Below, piece by piece: positions 20,119 to 28,653 of a stretch of DNA of 64,000 bases. A program made the position numbers and the translations under genes. This DNA comes from Thermodesulfobacteriota bacterium. Lineage in GTDB: Bacteria; Desulfobacterota_D; UBA1144; Nemesobacterales; Nemesobacteraceae. Positions within the stretch are counted from its first letter, which is position 1, and every line of letters starts with the position of its first letter. The stretch covers positions 1,016,434 through 1,080,433 of the forward strand of contig OZ246948.1 in the NCBI GenBank assembly GCA_965232155.1, given 5' to 3'. Under the pieces are notes generated by a model, which did no database searches, was not told the origin of the DNA, and saw only the letters and a list, made by a program, of their open reading frames with translations.

Positions 20119-20760
20119 TCAGTCTCCTTGTTTTGCCAGACAGTCGATGGCTCCCTCTTCTGTGATTATGCAACCTGTCTTAACATCGGTTTCGTCCGAA
20201 GGGACGCTTTCCAGCACTTGGAACCGGTAGGCCAGTCCGAAGCGCATCTGCCTGGGTATATCTTTTAAAAATCTGTCGTAAAAACCTTTTCCATAACCGA
20301 TTCTGTTTCCAGAGGGATCAAAAGCCACTCCCGGTACCAGTACGAGGTCGAGCTCATCACTGCGGGCGCGTTCGGCGTCCGCCGGGGGTTCCGGGATGGA
20401 AAAGCCCCCGGGAGTGAGTTCCTCAATATTTCTCGTTCTCAGGAAAACAAGATCGGAGTCTAGTGTTTTTGGAAAAAAAACCTTTTTTTCAAGATCAACG
20501 CATTCTCTGAATATTTCGCGGGTATCGACTTCGCCGTTTACGGGGAAATAAAGAGCTACGTTCAATGCGTCGCAGAAAGCCTTCTCGGAGAGAAGAAACT
20601 TGAGAATCAGGGCTGATTTTTCCCGTCGAAGAGACTGGGGAAGATTCCTTCTTTTCTCGAGAAGATCTCTTCTCAGCCTGTTTTTTTCCTTAAGGACGGG
20701 ACCCTGCGGGCTGGTTTCCCGGGGACCGTTTACGTATGTGGAACCGGAGCGGGTCTCAGA
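20119..20760 (-). CDS. 5-formyltetrahydrofolate cyclo-ligase; start unresolved
   Basis: Catalytic core ...LNVALYFPVNGEVDT...VPGVAFDPSGNRIGYGKGFYDR. The ORF runs upstream to 20934 with a low-complexity extension overlapping zapA. No canonical start codon near the expected N-terminus (about 20700-20760). Confidence 0.7.
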   Translation of the reverse strand, partial: SETRSGSTYVNGPRETSPQGPVLKEKNRLRRDLLEKRRNLPQSLRREKSALILKFLLSEKAFCDALNVALYFPVNGEVDTREIFRECVDLEKKVFFPKTLDSDLVFLRTRNIEELTPGGFSIPEPPADAERARSDELDLVLVPGVAFDPSGNRIGYGKGFYDRFLKDIPRQMRFGLAYRFQVLESVPSDETDVKTGCIITEEGAIDCLAKQGD

Positions 20761-21103
20761 AGCTGCTTCCTCTTGAGCTGAAAGGGTCTTCGGGGCTTTC
20801 TTCAACAAGGGCGGGTTCTTTTTGGCTTCCGGGCGATTCGAGCAGTCCGACCAGTTCTTCTGTTTTTCTTTGCGCGGTTCTCTTGAACTCATCAAATTCC
20901 CTCTGCAGTGCGAAGAAATCATCGACGATCTCAAGAGAAGCCAGAAAAACGGGAGGGGAAACGGTTATCGGTACGCCGTCTCCGGCTGATTTGACAATTC
21001 TTTGTTCAAGATAATCTACAATTTTCATAAGGTAACTTTTTTCAGCATCCGTAAGGACTGAATATTCCGTGCCAAAGAAAACTACTTTTATCCTGTCTTT
21101 CAT
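20756..21103 (-). CDS. zapA: Cell division protein ZapA-like
   Basis: MKDRIKVVFFGTEYSVLTDAEKSYLMKIVDYLEQRI...TVSPPVFLASLEIVDD follows the ZapA pattern (MxxVxVxILGxxYxI...E.......A..L..K). Confidence 0.6.
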   Translation of the reverse strand: MKDRIKVVFFGTEYSVLTDAEKSYLMKIVDYLEQRIVKSAGDGVPITVSPPVFLASLEIVDDFFALQREFDEFKRTAQRKTEELVGLLESPGSQKEPALVEESPEDPFSSRGSSF

Positions 21104-21309
21104 ACCGATTCTTCGCCAAGGTGCTGTTCGATTATCCGTATCATGTTGTCGACGCGTGTTCCGAGGCGCTCCTTTTCGGCTTCAAGAGAAACGACATTCT
21201 CTCTGAGCACCTTAATTTCCTCAAGCAATTTGTTGTGTTCTTCAGCGGCCTTGGCGTTTTTATCTACAAACTCTCTGATTTTTCTCTCAAGAATCTCCAA
21301 TGATTCCAT
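21100..21309 (-). CDS. zapB: ZapB-like coiled-coil protein
   Basis: MESLEILERKIREFVDKNAKAAEEHNKLLEEIKVLRENVVSLEAEKERL; 69-aa heptad coiled coil upstream of zapA. Start taken at the ATG at 21309. Confidence 0.5.
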   Translation of the reverse strand: MESLEILERKIREFVDKNAKAAEEHNKLLEEIKVLRENVVSLEAEKERLGTRVDNMIRIIEQHLGEESV

Positions 21310-21312
21310 AAT

Positions 21313-21329
21313 TGATACAAATTGTATCA
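21313..21329 (+). promoter_or_regulatory. Perfect 17-bp palindrome TGATACAA-A-TTGTATCA in the zapB/prfA divergent intergenic region (candidate operator)
   Basis: Read directly from the sequence, 4 nt upstream of the zapB start; TATAAT-like boxes lie nearby. Confidence 0.4.
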
Positions 21330-21430
21330 CTATGACTACATTATTACAAGAATCATGGCTCATGCCTCTTTACTGGGGTCGCAAAGGGAATTTTTTACGT
21401 TTTGAAGACTTTTTGTCTATAATTTCTGCC

Positions 21431-22519
21431 ATGCAGACAAGTCCTGTCGAAGATAAGAAGCTGTTTGAGAAACTCGAGGAGCTTGAGCGGAGGTTTGTTG
21501 AGCTTGAGGGGGCGCTCGGTGATCCTGACATCTCCGCTCAGCAGAGAATCAAGTGCTCCAAGGAACGCGCGGAGCTTGAGAACGTGGTCTCCGTCTACGC
21601 GCGGCTAAAGGAAGTCGCCGAGGCTGCTGAGGAGAATCGCAAACTGCTTGATGACAGTGAACTTGCTCCCCTTGCCCGCGAGGAACTCGATGAGCTCTCG
21701 GAGGAGAAAAGCGAGCTTGAAAAGAGACTGAGAGAGCTTCTTCTGCCCAAAGATCCGAATCTCGGGAAAAACGTTTTTCTTGAGATAAGGGCCGGAGCCG
21801 GAGGGGATGAGGCGGCGCTTTTTGCGGCCGACCTTCTCAGGATGTACTCGAGATACTGCGAGAACCGACGCTGGAAGGTTGAAACCATAACTCTTAACGA
21901 AACCGGGATCGGCGGGATAAAGGAACTTGTGGTAAGGATCGAAGGACGGGAGGTTTACGGCAAGCTAAGGTATGAAAGCGGGGTTCACAGGGTCCAGAGA
22001 ATACCCTCGACCGAGGCCGGCGGCAGAATACACACATCAACGGCGACCGTCGCCGTGCTTCCGGAGGCTGACGAGGTTGACGTGGGGGTGGACGAGAAGG
22101 AACTCAAGGTGGATACTTTCAGGTCTTCCGGTCCCGGGGGTCAGCATGTCAACAAGACGGATTCCGCGATAAGGATAACCCATCTTCCAACGGGAATCGT
22201 CGTACAGTGCCAGGATGATCGCTCACAGCAGAAAAACAGGGTTCATGCAATGAGCATGCTTCGCGCGAAGCTTTACGAGATTGAGGAGCAAAAGCGCGCA
22301 AGCGAGATCTCCCGCACCAGAAAAACCCAGGTCGGAAGCGGAGACAGAAGCGAAAAGATAAGAACCTACAACTTCCCTCAGGGGAGAATAACCGACCACA
22401 GAATAGGTTTCACTCTCCATAAGATGGAGTCAGTGCTTGGGGGAGATCTTGATCCTCTTCTGGAGCCTCTCGCTGCCCATTTCCAGGCCGAAAGTCTTAA
22501 GAATCTGTCGGAGAACTGA
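21431..22519 (+). CDS. prfA: Peptide chain release factor 1
   Basis: MQTSPVEDKKLFEKLEELERRF..., PST tripeptide motif region (RIPSTEAGGRIHTSTATVAVLPE), GGQ motif SSGPGGQHVNKTDSAIRITHLPTGI. The track ORF begins spuriously at 21143. Confidence 0.9.
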   Translation: MQTSPVEDKKLFEKLEELERRFVELEGALGDPDISAQQRIKCSKERAELENVVSVYARLKEVAEAAEENRKLLDDSELAPLAREELDELSEEKSELEKRLRELLLPKDPNLGKNVFLEIRAGAGGDEAALFAADLLRMYSRYCENRRWKVETITLNETGIGGIKELVVRIEGREVYGKLRYESGVHRVQRIPSTEAGGRIHTSTATVAVLPEADEVDVGVDEKELKVDTFRSSGPGGQHVNKTDSAIRITHLPTGIVVQCQDDRSQQKNRVHAMSMLRAKLYEIEEQKRASEISRTRKTQVGSGDRSEKIRTYNFPQGRITDHRIGFTLHKMESVLGGDLDPLLEPLAAHFQAESLKNLSEN

Positions 22520-22570
22520 CGACTTTTCCCGATTTGTATTTGCCGGGCCAAGCAATAGAATATAGCTTCA

Positions 22571-23374
22571 ATGAATGTTATATACTTGATTTCCGCCCTT
22601 TACCTGATTTCTTCTCTTCTTTACGGCACTTACCTCTGGTCGCAGAAAAGAAAAATCTCCCGGGCGGGCGTTTATTTCGCCGTTGCGGGAGTTCTCGTTC
22701 ATACCGCCCTGCTCGTTGTTTTCCTCATGCGCGGCGACGTACTGGCCGGAAGCACGTCAAGGCCCCTTTTTATTTTCTCGTGGCTTATAGCGCTTGTCTT
22801 TTTAGTCTCGCAACTGAGGTTCAAGACCCCCGTGCTTGGTGCGTTCGTGCTCCCCGTGGCTTTCCTCGGGACTTTGCCCTACGTGATTATTCCGGATGGG
22901 ATGATTACTCAGGACCCGACGCTTGGAAACCCATGGGTGCTTGCGCACATACTGTCCATTTTCCTTGGAGAGGCATTTTTCGCGATATCGTTTCTAACTG
23001 GTGTGATCTACATATTCCAGGAAAACCAGCTGAAATCGAAAAGAGTCGGGAGCCACCTGAAAAAACTTCCTTCCCTTATAACGCTTGACAGGATAAATCA
23101 CCTGAGCCTCCTGCTCGGGTTTCCGCTTCTCACCGTGAGTCTGGTGATCGGTTTCGTACTGGCAAAAGAGATATGGAGCGATGTATGGACTTGGGGAGCT
23201 AAGGAAACGTGGTCTACCGTTACTTGGCTTCTTTACGCTTTTTTGATAAACGGACGACTCTCCCTTGGATGGAGGGGCAGAAGGGCGGCGCTTGGAGCCG
23301 TGATCGGATTCTGTATCGTGGTGGTGACATTTGTTATGGGATATATCTTCCCGGGGCAGCACAGATTTGGGTGA
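22571..23374 (+). CDS. Cytochrome c assembly protein CcsA/ResC family (HemX-like)
   Basis: Polytopic membrane protein with the tryptophan-rich WWD-like motif WSDVWTWGAKETWSTVTWLLYAFLINGRL. Confidence 0.6.
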   Translation: MNVIYLISALYLISSLLYGTYLWSQKRKISRAGVYFAVAGVLVHTALLVVFLMRGDVLAGSTSRPLFIFSWLIALVFLVSQLRFKTPVLGAFVLPVAFLGTLPYVIIPDGMITQDPTLGNPWVLAHILSIFLGEAFFAISFLTGVIYIFQENQLKSKRVGSHLKKLPSLITLDRINHLSLLLGFPLLTVSLVIGFVLAKEIWSDVWTWGAKETWSTVTWLLYAFLINGRLSLGWRGRRAALGAVIGFCIVVVTFVMGYIFPGQHRFG

Positions 23375-23383
23375 TGCAGCCGG

Positions 23384-23413
23384 TTTACAATGATTTGGAA
23401 ATAGCGTTATAAT
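23384..23413 (+). promoter_or_regulatory. Sigma-70-like promoter for the dodecin gene (TTTACA-N18-TATAAT)
   Basis: -35 TTTACA at 23384-23389 and consensus -10 TATAAT at 23408-23413. AGGAGG ribosome-binding site at 23446 and ATG at 23457. Confidence 0.5.
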
Positions 23414-23456
23414 ATATTCCCCAATTAAGACAAAAACTGTTTTAAGGAGGACTACA

Positions 23457-23660
23457 ATGGCTGTAGCTAGAGTAACAGAGGTTATAGGATCATCCGAGAA
23501 GTCATGGGATGATGCTGTGCAGGAGGCTCTTGACAGGGCCAACAAGACGATAAGGGGTCTTACCGGAATCGAGGTGACGAAAATGAACGCCCATATAGAG
23601 GACGGAAAGATCACCGAGTACCGTTCCCACGTCAGGATTACCTTCATTCTGGAGGATTAG
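23457..23660 (+). CDS. Dodecin (small flavin-binding protein)
   Basis: 67 aa, ARVTEVIGSSEKSWDDAVQEALDRANKTIRGLTGIEVTKMNAHIEDGKITEYRSHVRITFIL. It aligns along its whole length with Thermus and Halobacterium dodecins (KVxELxGxSxxSWxxAxxxAxxxAxKTxR...YR...V.F.L). Confidence 0.85.
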   Translation: MAVARVTEVIGSSEKSWDDAVQEALDRANKTIRGLTGIEVTKMNAHIEDGKITEYRSHVRITFILED

Positions 23661-23699
23661 CATCTTCTTCCGGAATATTTTCCCAAAACTGAAAACGAC

Positions 23700-24598
23700 G
23701 TGATGAATTGTTTCGTAAAATCACACGGGTTGGGAAATGACTATATCGTCCTAGACAGTGCCGAAATAGATTTTGATCTCGGCAAATCCGCCATAGAACT
23801 TATATGCCACAGGAATTACGGCATAGGTTCGGACGGCATACTGCTTCTGGTTCCCCCTGCAAGGGGGGATTTCGGGCTCAGGATTCTCAATCCTGACGGA
23901 AGCGAGGCGGAAAAAAGCGGAAACGGGCTCAGGATTTTCGCAAAGTATCTCTACGAGAGAAAACACGCCTCGGACAAGACTTTTTCCATAGATACTCCCG
24001 GCGGTCTTGTTACTGCCGAAGTTGAGGAAGAAGACGGAAAAGTCCACCACGTCACTGTGGAGATGGGCGCTGCGACTTTCAGGGCGGATGAGATACCGGT
24101 AGATATAGAAGAGGAAGAAGCGGTGGCGCAGCGTCTGGTTCTCGGCGCGGGAGAATTTGATTTTACCGCCGTTTCGGTGGGGAATCCCCACTGCGTTATT
24201 TTCTTCGAAGAGCTAAGAGAAGATCTGATAAGAGAACTCGGACCCGAAATAGAAACCCATCCCGTCTTTCCTAACAGAACTAATGTTCAGTTCGCCCAGG
24301 TGATCTCGCCCGACAGTGTTCGTATTTTGATCTGGGAGAGGGGGGCTGGCTACACTCTTGCCTCAGGAAGCAGTTCCTGCGCGGTCGCCGCCGCGTGTGT
24401 GAAGTCCGGTCTTACGGACCGGAAGCTCAGGGTGCTGATGCCTGGCGGGCATCTCGACATAAGCGTCGGGGAGGACTGGGCGATCACTATGCGCGGCGAG
24501 GTGGAAGAAGTCTTTCTCAGGAATGTTAAGCGACGATCTTCTTTACAAGCTAAGAAATCCTTCCTCTATAAACTTATAGGGCAACCGGTTCATTTTTT
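23700..24598 (+). CDS. dapF: Diaminopimelate epimerase; no stop codon before the downstream amidohydrolase start (apparent in-frame fusion)
   Basis: NCFVKSHGLGNDYIVLD, GNGLRIF, SVGNPHCVIF and ERGAGYTLASGSSSCAVAAA: both DapF half-domains with catalytic Cys residues. Frame continues ...GEVEEVFLRNVKRRSSLQAKKS...MERLLLAADVV. Confidence 0.85.
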
Positions 24599-25855
24599 GA
24601 TGGAGAGACTGCTTTTAGCGGCGGATGTGGTGATTCCGGTAAGTTCTGAACCGATTCGCAATGGAGCCATCGTGGTGGACGGGGGACGTATCATTGACAT
24701 CGGAACATCAGATAGAATCGAGGCTGACTATCCCGGCTTGCAGAAAATAAGAAAGCCGAACTCTATAATACTCCCTGGGTTCGTAAACGCCCACACCCAC
24801 CTTGAACTCAGTTGGACAAAGGGGAAGATCAGGGGTTTCGAAGATTTCACCGGATGGCTCGAGAGGCTGATCACTCTTAAAGCCGGCGGGGTTGATCAAG
24901 ATCTTGTGGAGGATTCAATGAGGGCGGGGATTCGCGACGTCATTGAGAGCGGAGTCACCACAGTCGGAGAGATATCTTCCCTGGATTTCGGCGGGAGGGA
25001 GATTCTTAGAAGCTCGGGAATGAGAATTATTGCATTTCTTGAACTTTTTGACCGCATCTCCCAAGACTTTCCTCGCTCGAATTTCAAAGAGAGGGCCTCT
25101 ATGAGGAAAGACCTTTTCCTCATGCGCCTTATTCCTGCGGGCCGGGGCTTCTGGAGGCGGTTTTTGCCTGTGCGCGCGAAAACGCGGTTGCGGCGGGAAT
25201 CCACCTGGGCGAGAGTCCCGATGAAGTCGATTTTCTGAAGAACCTGCCCAATGAATTTGAACGGAAAATCTTTCCGCTCATAAAAAAAGAAATCTTCAAA
25301 AGGCCACGGGCCGATACTCCGACACGCTACATAAACAGATTCCTCCGCGGAAAAAACATAAGACTCTCCGCAGTTCACATGGTTCAAGTGGCGGATGAAG
25401 ATATGGAGATAATCCGAGGCGCCGATATCGGCATTATTCTCTGCCCAAGAAGCAATGTTTTTCTCAGAGTGGGCAAACCTAACCTGAGCCAGATGCTTGA
25501 TCATAAAAGAGTAGGGCTCGGGACCGACGGACTTTCAAGCAACTCGGATCTTGATTTCTTTCAGGAGATCAGGTTCCTGCATGAAATTATGGTTGAGCAG
25601 GGAATACGGCAAAGCACCCGTCTGGCGGTCTACTTTGCGACTCTGGGCGGAGCAAGGGCTCTTTTTATCGAGAAGAAGACGGGGAGTCTTGAGGTCGGAA
25701 AAAGTGCTGATGTCATATGCATTGGGTGCAAAGGGGCAATTGCCCCGGACCCCTATTCCTCGATAGTGTCTTCAAAGCCGGAGGACCTCCAGTTCTCAAT
25801 TGTAGGAGGGAATTTCATCTACAAAAAGGACTCTCCGGCTCCTTGTGAGCATTAG
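24599..25855 (+). CDS. Amidohydrolase-superfamily deaminase (MtaD/SsnA/aminofutalosine-deaminase-like), frameshifted near 25115
   Basis: ADVVIPVSSEPIRNGAIVVDGGRIIDIGT...ILPGFVNAHTHLELS. A -1 frameshift then follows in a CCC run (should read ...RKDLFPHAPYSCGPGLLEAVF...HLGESPDEVDFL...). It continues as track ORF 25379..25855 (GTDGLSSNSDLDFFQE...GSLEVGKSADVI). Confidence 0.6.
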
Positions 25856-25872
25856 TTTCCTCAGTATCTGCG

Positions 25873-26949
25873 ATGGCTGAACCTAAGCCCGAAAAGCTTT
25901 TTGTCTATGGAACCCTGCGAAAGGGCGGGGTAAGAAGCGGGCACCTTGAGCGATGCAGGTTGCTCAGGATGATAAAAGTTCCCGGGATTCTTTACCGTAC
26001 GCCTTTTGATTATCCGGCGGCCGTGTTTGACGAGACTTCCCCGCTTGCCGTCCTGGGAGAGCTTTATGAACTTCCCCCGGATTCTGAAGTCTTCATCGGA
26101 AGCGTGGACCGTCTCGAAGGGGTGAATGAAAAGCTTTTTTCAAGATCCGTTATCTGCTTGGAAGAGGAGTTTTTTTACGCCTATGAACCCGGCCCTGAGC
26201 TCAGAAGGCAGATTAGCGATGCGGACATAATAAAAAGCGGCAACTGGTTCTCGGGCCCCGACATCTGCGGCGCGGATCCTTTTTCTTTTGCCGTCAGTTT
26301 TGAAAACATCCAGAAGCGGTATTACAGGATGAAATCTGACGGTCGCTCAGAAGACAATATTTTTCTTGAAGGCACGGTCCCGGTTCTGGTTACCTGTCCG
26401 CACTCAACCGCTCACACGAGAATGGGAAAACTGAAACGCCATGAGTTCTATACCGCCGCTCTGGGAGCCGTGCTGCATATGGTTCTCGGCTGCCACTTTC
26501 TTTACGCGAACAGGGAACAGGAAACAGACCCGAATTACTATGACGACTGCGGTTTTAAGTCTGCGCTCGGAAGAGTTCTCTCCGCGAAGAAAATAGATCT
26601 GGTTGTGGACATACACGGTACCGGAAACGAGAGGTCCGAGGACCTGTTTCCAGGCGTGGGGGTTGGAAGGGAGTTCCTTCTTTCGGCGCCTGATGTTCTT
26701 GACAGATTTTATCTTGTCGCCGAAGAACATGGAATTGTGACCGGAAGCGCCGATATATTCCCCGCCGCAAGGCAGATGACCGTGGCCAAGTTCGCTGCGA
26801 AGCGGTTTTCGGTTCCCGCAATCCAGGTTGAGATAAGCGACAGGCTCAGGATGCCATGGCGACGGGAAGATGAGTTCCGCCGTCTCATAGGATTTCTTCT
26901 CGGATTTGTTGAAAAAGTAATCTCGGAGAAAACTGGCCAGAGCGGATAA
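25873..26949 (+). CDS. Fusion of a gamma-glutamyl cyclotransferase (AIG2/GGCT-like) domain and an N-formylglutamate-amidohydrolase-like (FGase/zinc-hydrolase) domain
   Basis: N-terminus KLFVYGTLRKGG...YPAAVF...GELYEL (GGCT fold motifs). C-terminus VLVTCPHSTAHTR...VDIHGTGNERSED resembles FGase/succinylglutamate-desuccinylase-type metal sites. Confidence 0.5.
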   Translation: MAEPKPEKLFVYGTLRKGGVRSGHLERCRLLRMIKVPGILYRTPFDYPAAVFDETSPLAVLGELYELPPDSEVFIGSVDRLEGVNEKLFSRSVICLEEEFFYAYEPGPELRRQISDADIIKSGNWFSGPDICGADPFSFAVSFENIQKRYYRMKSDGRSEDNIFLEGTVPVLVTCPHSTAHTRMGKLKRHEFYTAALGAVLHMVLGCHFLYANREQETDPNYYDDCGFKSALGRVLSAKKIDLVVDIHGTGNERSEDLFPGVGVGREFLLSAPDVLDRFYLVAEEHGIVTGSADIFPAARQMTVAKFAAKRFSVPAIQVEISDRLRMPWRREDEFRRLIGFLLGFVEKVISEKTGQSG

Positions 26950-26959
26950 TGGAATAAAA

Positions 26960-27793
26960 TTACTCGCAGAGAATATCAAGCATTGGGTTCTCGGCTATGA
27001 TTCCCTTTGCGCGGGCTTTTTCAAAAAGATACTCAAGAGCCCCGGTTCCGCTCTCGCCAAGATCCCTGGTCCACTCGTTTACGTACATTAAAACGAACTT
27101 CTCTCCCGTATCCTCGCTCATCCCCCTTCCAAAGCGCATTGCGTAATCAAGAGCCTCCTTTTTGTTTGAAAGTGCGTACTCTATGCTTTCTTTGTGTACC
27201 CGAAGAACTTCGGCGTCAAGCCCCGGGGGTATGTCTCTTCTAAGCACGTTAAGTCCAAGCGGCATCGGAAGATCGGTCTCCTCGGCCCACATTGCCCCGA
27301 GATCGAACAGAAGCTCAAGCCCCGTCTCTTCGTAGGTAAGCTGTCCTTCATGTATAAGAAGACCCGCGTCCGCCTCTCCTTCCAGTACCTTGTCCATGAT
27401 CTTGTCAAAGGGCTCTTCCACAGGGATGAAGTCATCAGCATAGAGACTCAGAAGAAGATATGCGGTAGTAAGCTTTCCAGGCACCGCGACGGTTTTTCCC
27501 CTGAGGTCAGAAACTTTCTCCTTGGCGACCACAATGGGGCCGTACCCTTTCCCCATGCTGGCACCGCAGGAAAGAATCCGATAGCGGTCCTGCACGCTAA
27601 GGTATCCGTGGGCGGAGATTGCCGTGACTTCGAGTTCCGCCTTCATCGCTCTGTTATTAAGGGACTGTATGTCTTCAATCACGTGCTCGAAGTCGATTTC
27701 CTCCGAAGCCACCTTTCCGTTCGCTATGGCGTAGAACATGAACGCGTCGTCCGCGTCGGGGCTGTGCCCCAGCTTCATCATCCGTTTTTCCAT
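26960..27793 (-). CDS. mqnD: 1,4-dihydroxy-6-naphthoate synthase (futalosine pathway)
   Basis: MKLGHSPDADDAFMFYAI matches the MqnD signature GxSPCPNDTFxFxAL; MqnA/MqnD periplasmic-binding-protein-like fold family. Confidence 0.7.
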   Translation of the reverse strand: MEKRMMKLGHSPDADDAFMFYAIANGKVASEEIDFEHVIEDIQSLNNRAMKAELEVTAISAHGYLSVQDRYRILSCGASMGKGYGPIVVAKEKVSDLRGKTVAVPGKLTTAYLLLSLYADDFIPVEEPFDKIMDKVLEGEADAGLLIHEGQLTYEETGLELLFDLGAMWAEETDLPMPLGLNVLRRDIPPGLDAEVLRVHKESIEYALSNKKEALDYAMRFGRGMSEDTGEKFVLMYVNEWTRDLGESGTGALEYLFEKARAKGIIAENPMLDILCE

Positions 27794-27816
27794 TCTCGTC
27801 TCCTTTTGGATTTCGT

Positions 27817-28653
27817 CTACGACGGGTCTGTGTAGAAGTTGATTTCGTTTTTCTTCTCTATTTCGTTCAGCTCAAAAAGAAAGTCGCGGTATTTGATGAG
27901 CCCGTCAATTTTGGGACCGTCAAGGTCGTATTTAATTCTTTTTTGAAGGTAAGTCATACACTGTTCCCTGTTGAGTCCAAGTTTTCGAGATTCGATATCT
28001 ACTATCTCCGGGATGAGTTCCACTCCCTGTTCTCTTATCGAAACGAGGCATTTGCAGCCCTGCGCGGTAGCGTCATCTCCTTTTTTCATCGCCATTACCG
28101 CATATACAAAGGGAAGGGCGGTTTCCCTAGTCCAGAGTTCCCCTAGGTCGTACGTGAAAGCGGATTTTTCTGCGGAAAGGTAACGGGCCCTAAGACCCGC
28201 GTTGCCGATAAGCATCCCGGCGTCAACTCCCTCAAGGAAACCGTTTCCGGGCTCTCTTTTTACGTATTCGGGTTTAAGCCCCAAAAAGAGTTCGAGAACG
28301 ATTCTGAGCAGGGCCGTTGAACTCCTGGACCTGCTGTCAACCGATACGCTCCTTATTTCCGTTATTTTTTTCCGTGCCTTGAGTATGACACTGTCGACTT
28401 TTCCGAAAGAGGATATGGAAATGTGGGGCAGAATGCAGTAGTTGTCGGTTCTTAGAAATTCAACCGAGGGAATGGGTGCGATATCCACTACTCCTTCCGA
28501 CAGGTTCTCCGAAAGAAGGAAAGGGTCAAAATACATTATATTGAAATTGTGCTCCACAACGCCCTTTTCCAGAGGATAAACAAACGGTCGCATGTTAAGA
28601 AAAGGCGCTGCTCCGAGGTTTATCAAGGACCTGTCCCCACTTTCCTGACTCAT
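27817..28653 (-). CDS. mqnA: Chorismate dehydratase (futalosine pathway)
   Basis: LINLGAAPFLNMRPFVYPL matches the MqnA signature (GxIxYLNxxPL). Start taken at MSQESG, whose ATG overlaps the dgt stop by 4 bp; the track ORF extends to 28761. Confidence 0.7.
   Translation of the reverse strand: MSQESGDRSLINLGAAPFLNMRPFVYPLEKGVVEHNFNIMYFDPFLLSENLSEGVVDIAPIPSVEFLRTDNYCILPHISISSFGKVDSVILKARKKITEIRSVSVDSRSRSSTALLRIVLELFLGLKPEYVKREPGNGFLEGVDAGMLIGNAGLRARYLSAEKSAFTYDLGELWTRETALPFVYAVMAMKKGDDATAQGCKCLVSIREQGVELIPEIVDIESRKLGLNREQCMTYLQKRIKYDLDGPKIDGLIKYRDFLFELNEIEKKNEINFYTDPS

Noticed and set aside
20700-20935. Possible 6S RNA (ssrS) between zapA and the 5-FCL gene, by analogy to E. coli
   Set aside because: zapA coding sequence occupies 20756-21103 and 5-FCL homology starts near 20700, leaving under 60 nt, which is too little for a ~180-nt 6S RNA.
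21143-21430. N-terminal 96-aa extension of the prfA track ORF
   Set aside because: It overlaps zapB on the opposite strand and the promoter region. RF1 homology begins at MQTSPVEDKK (21431).
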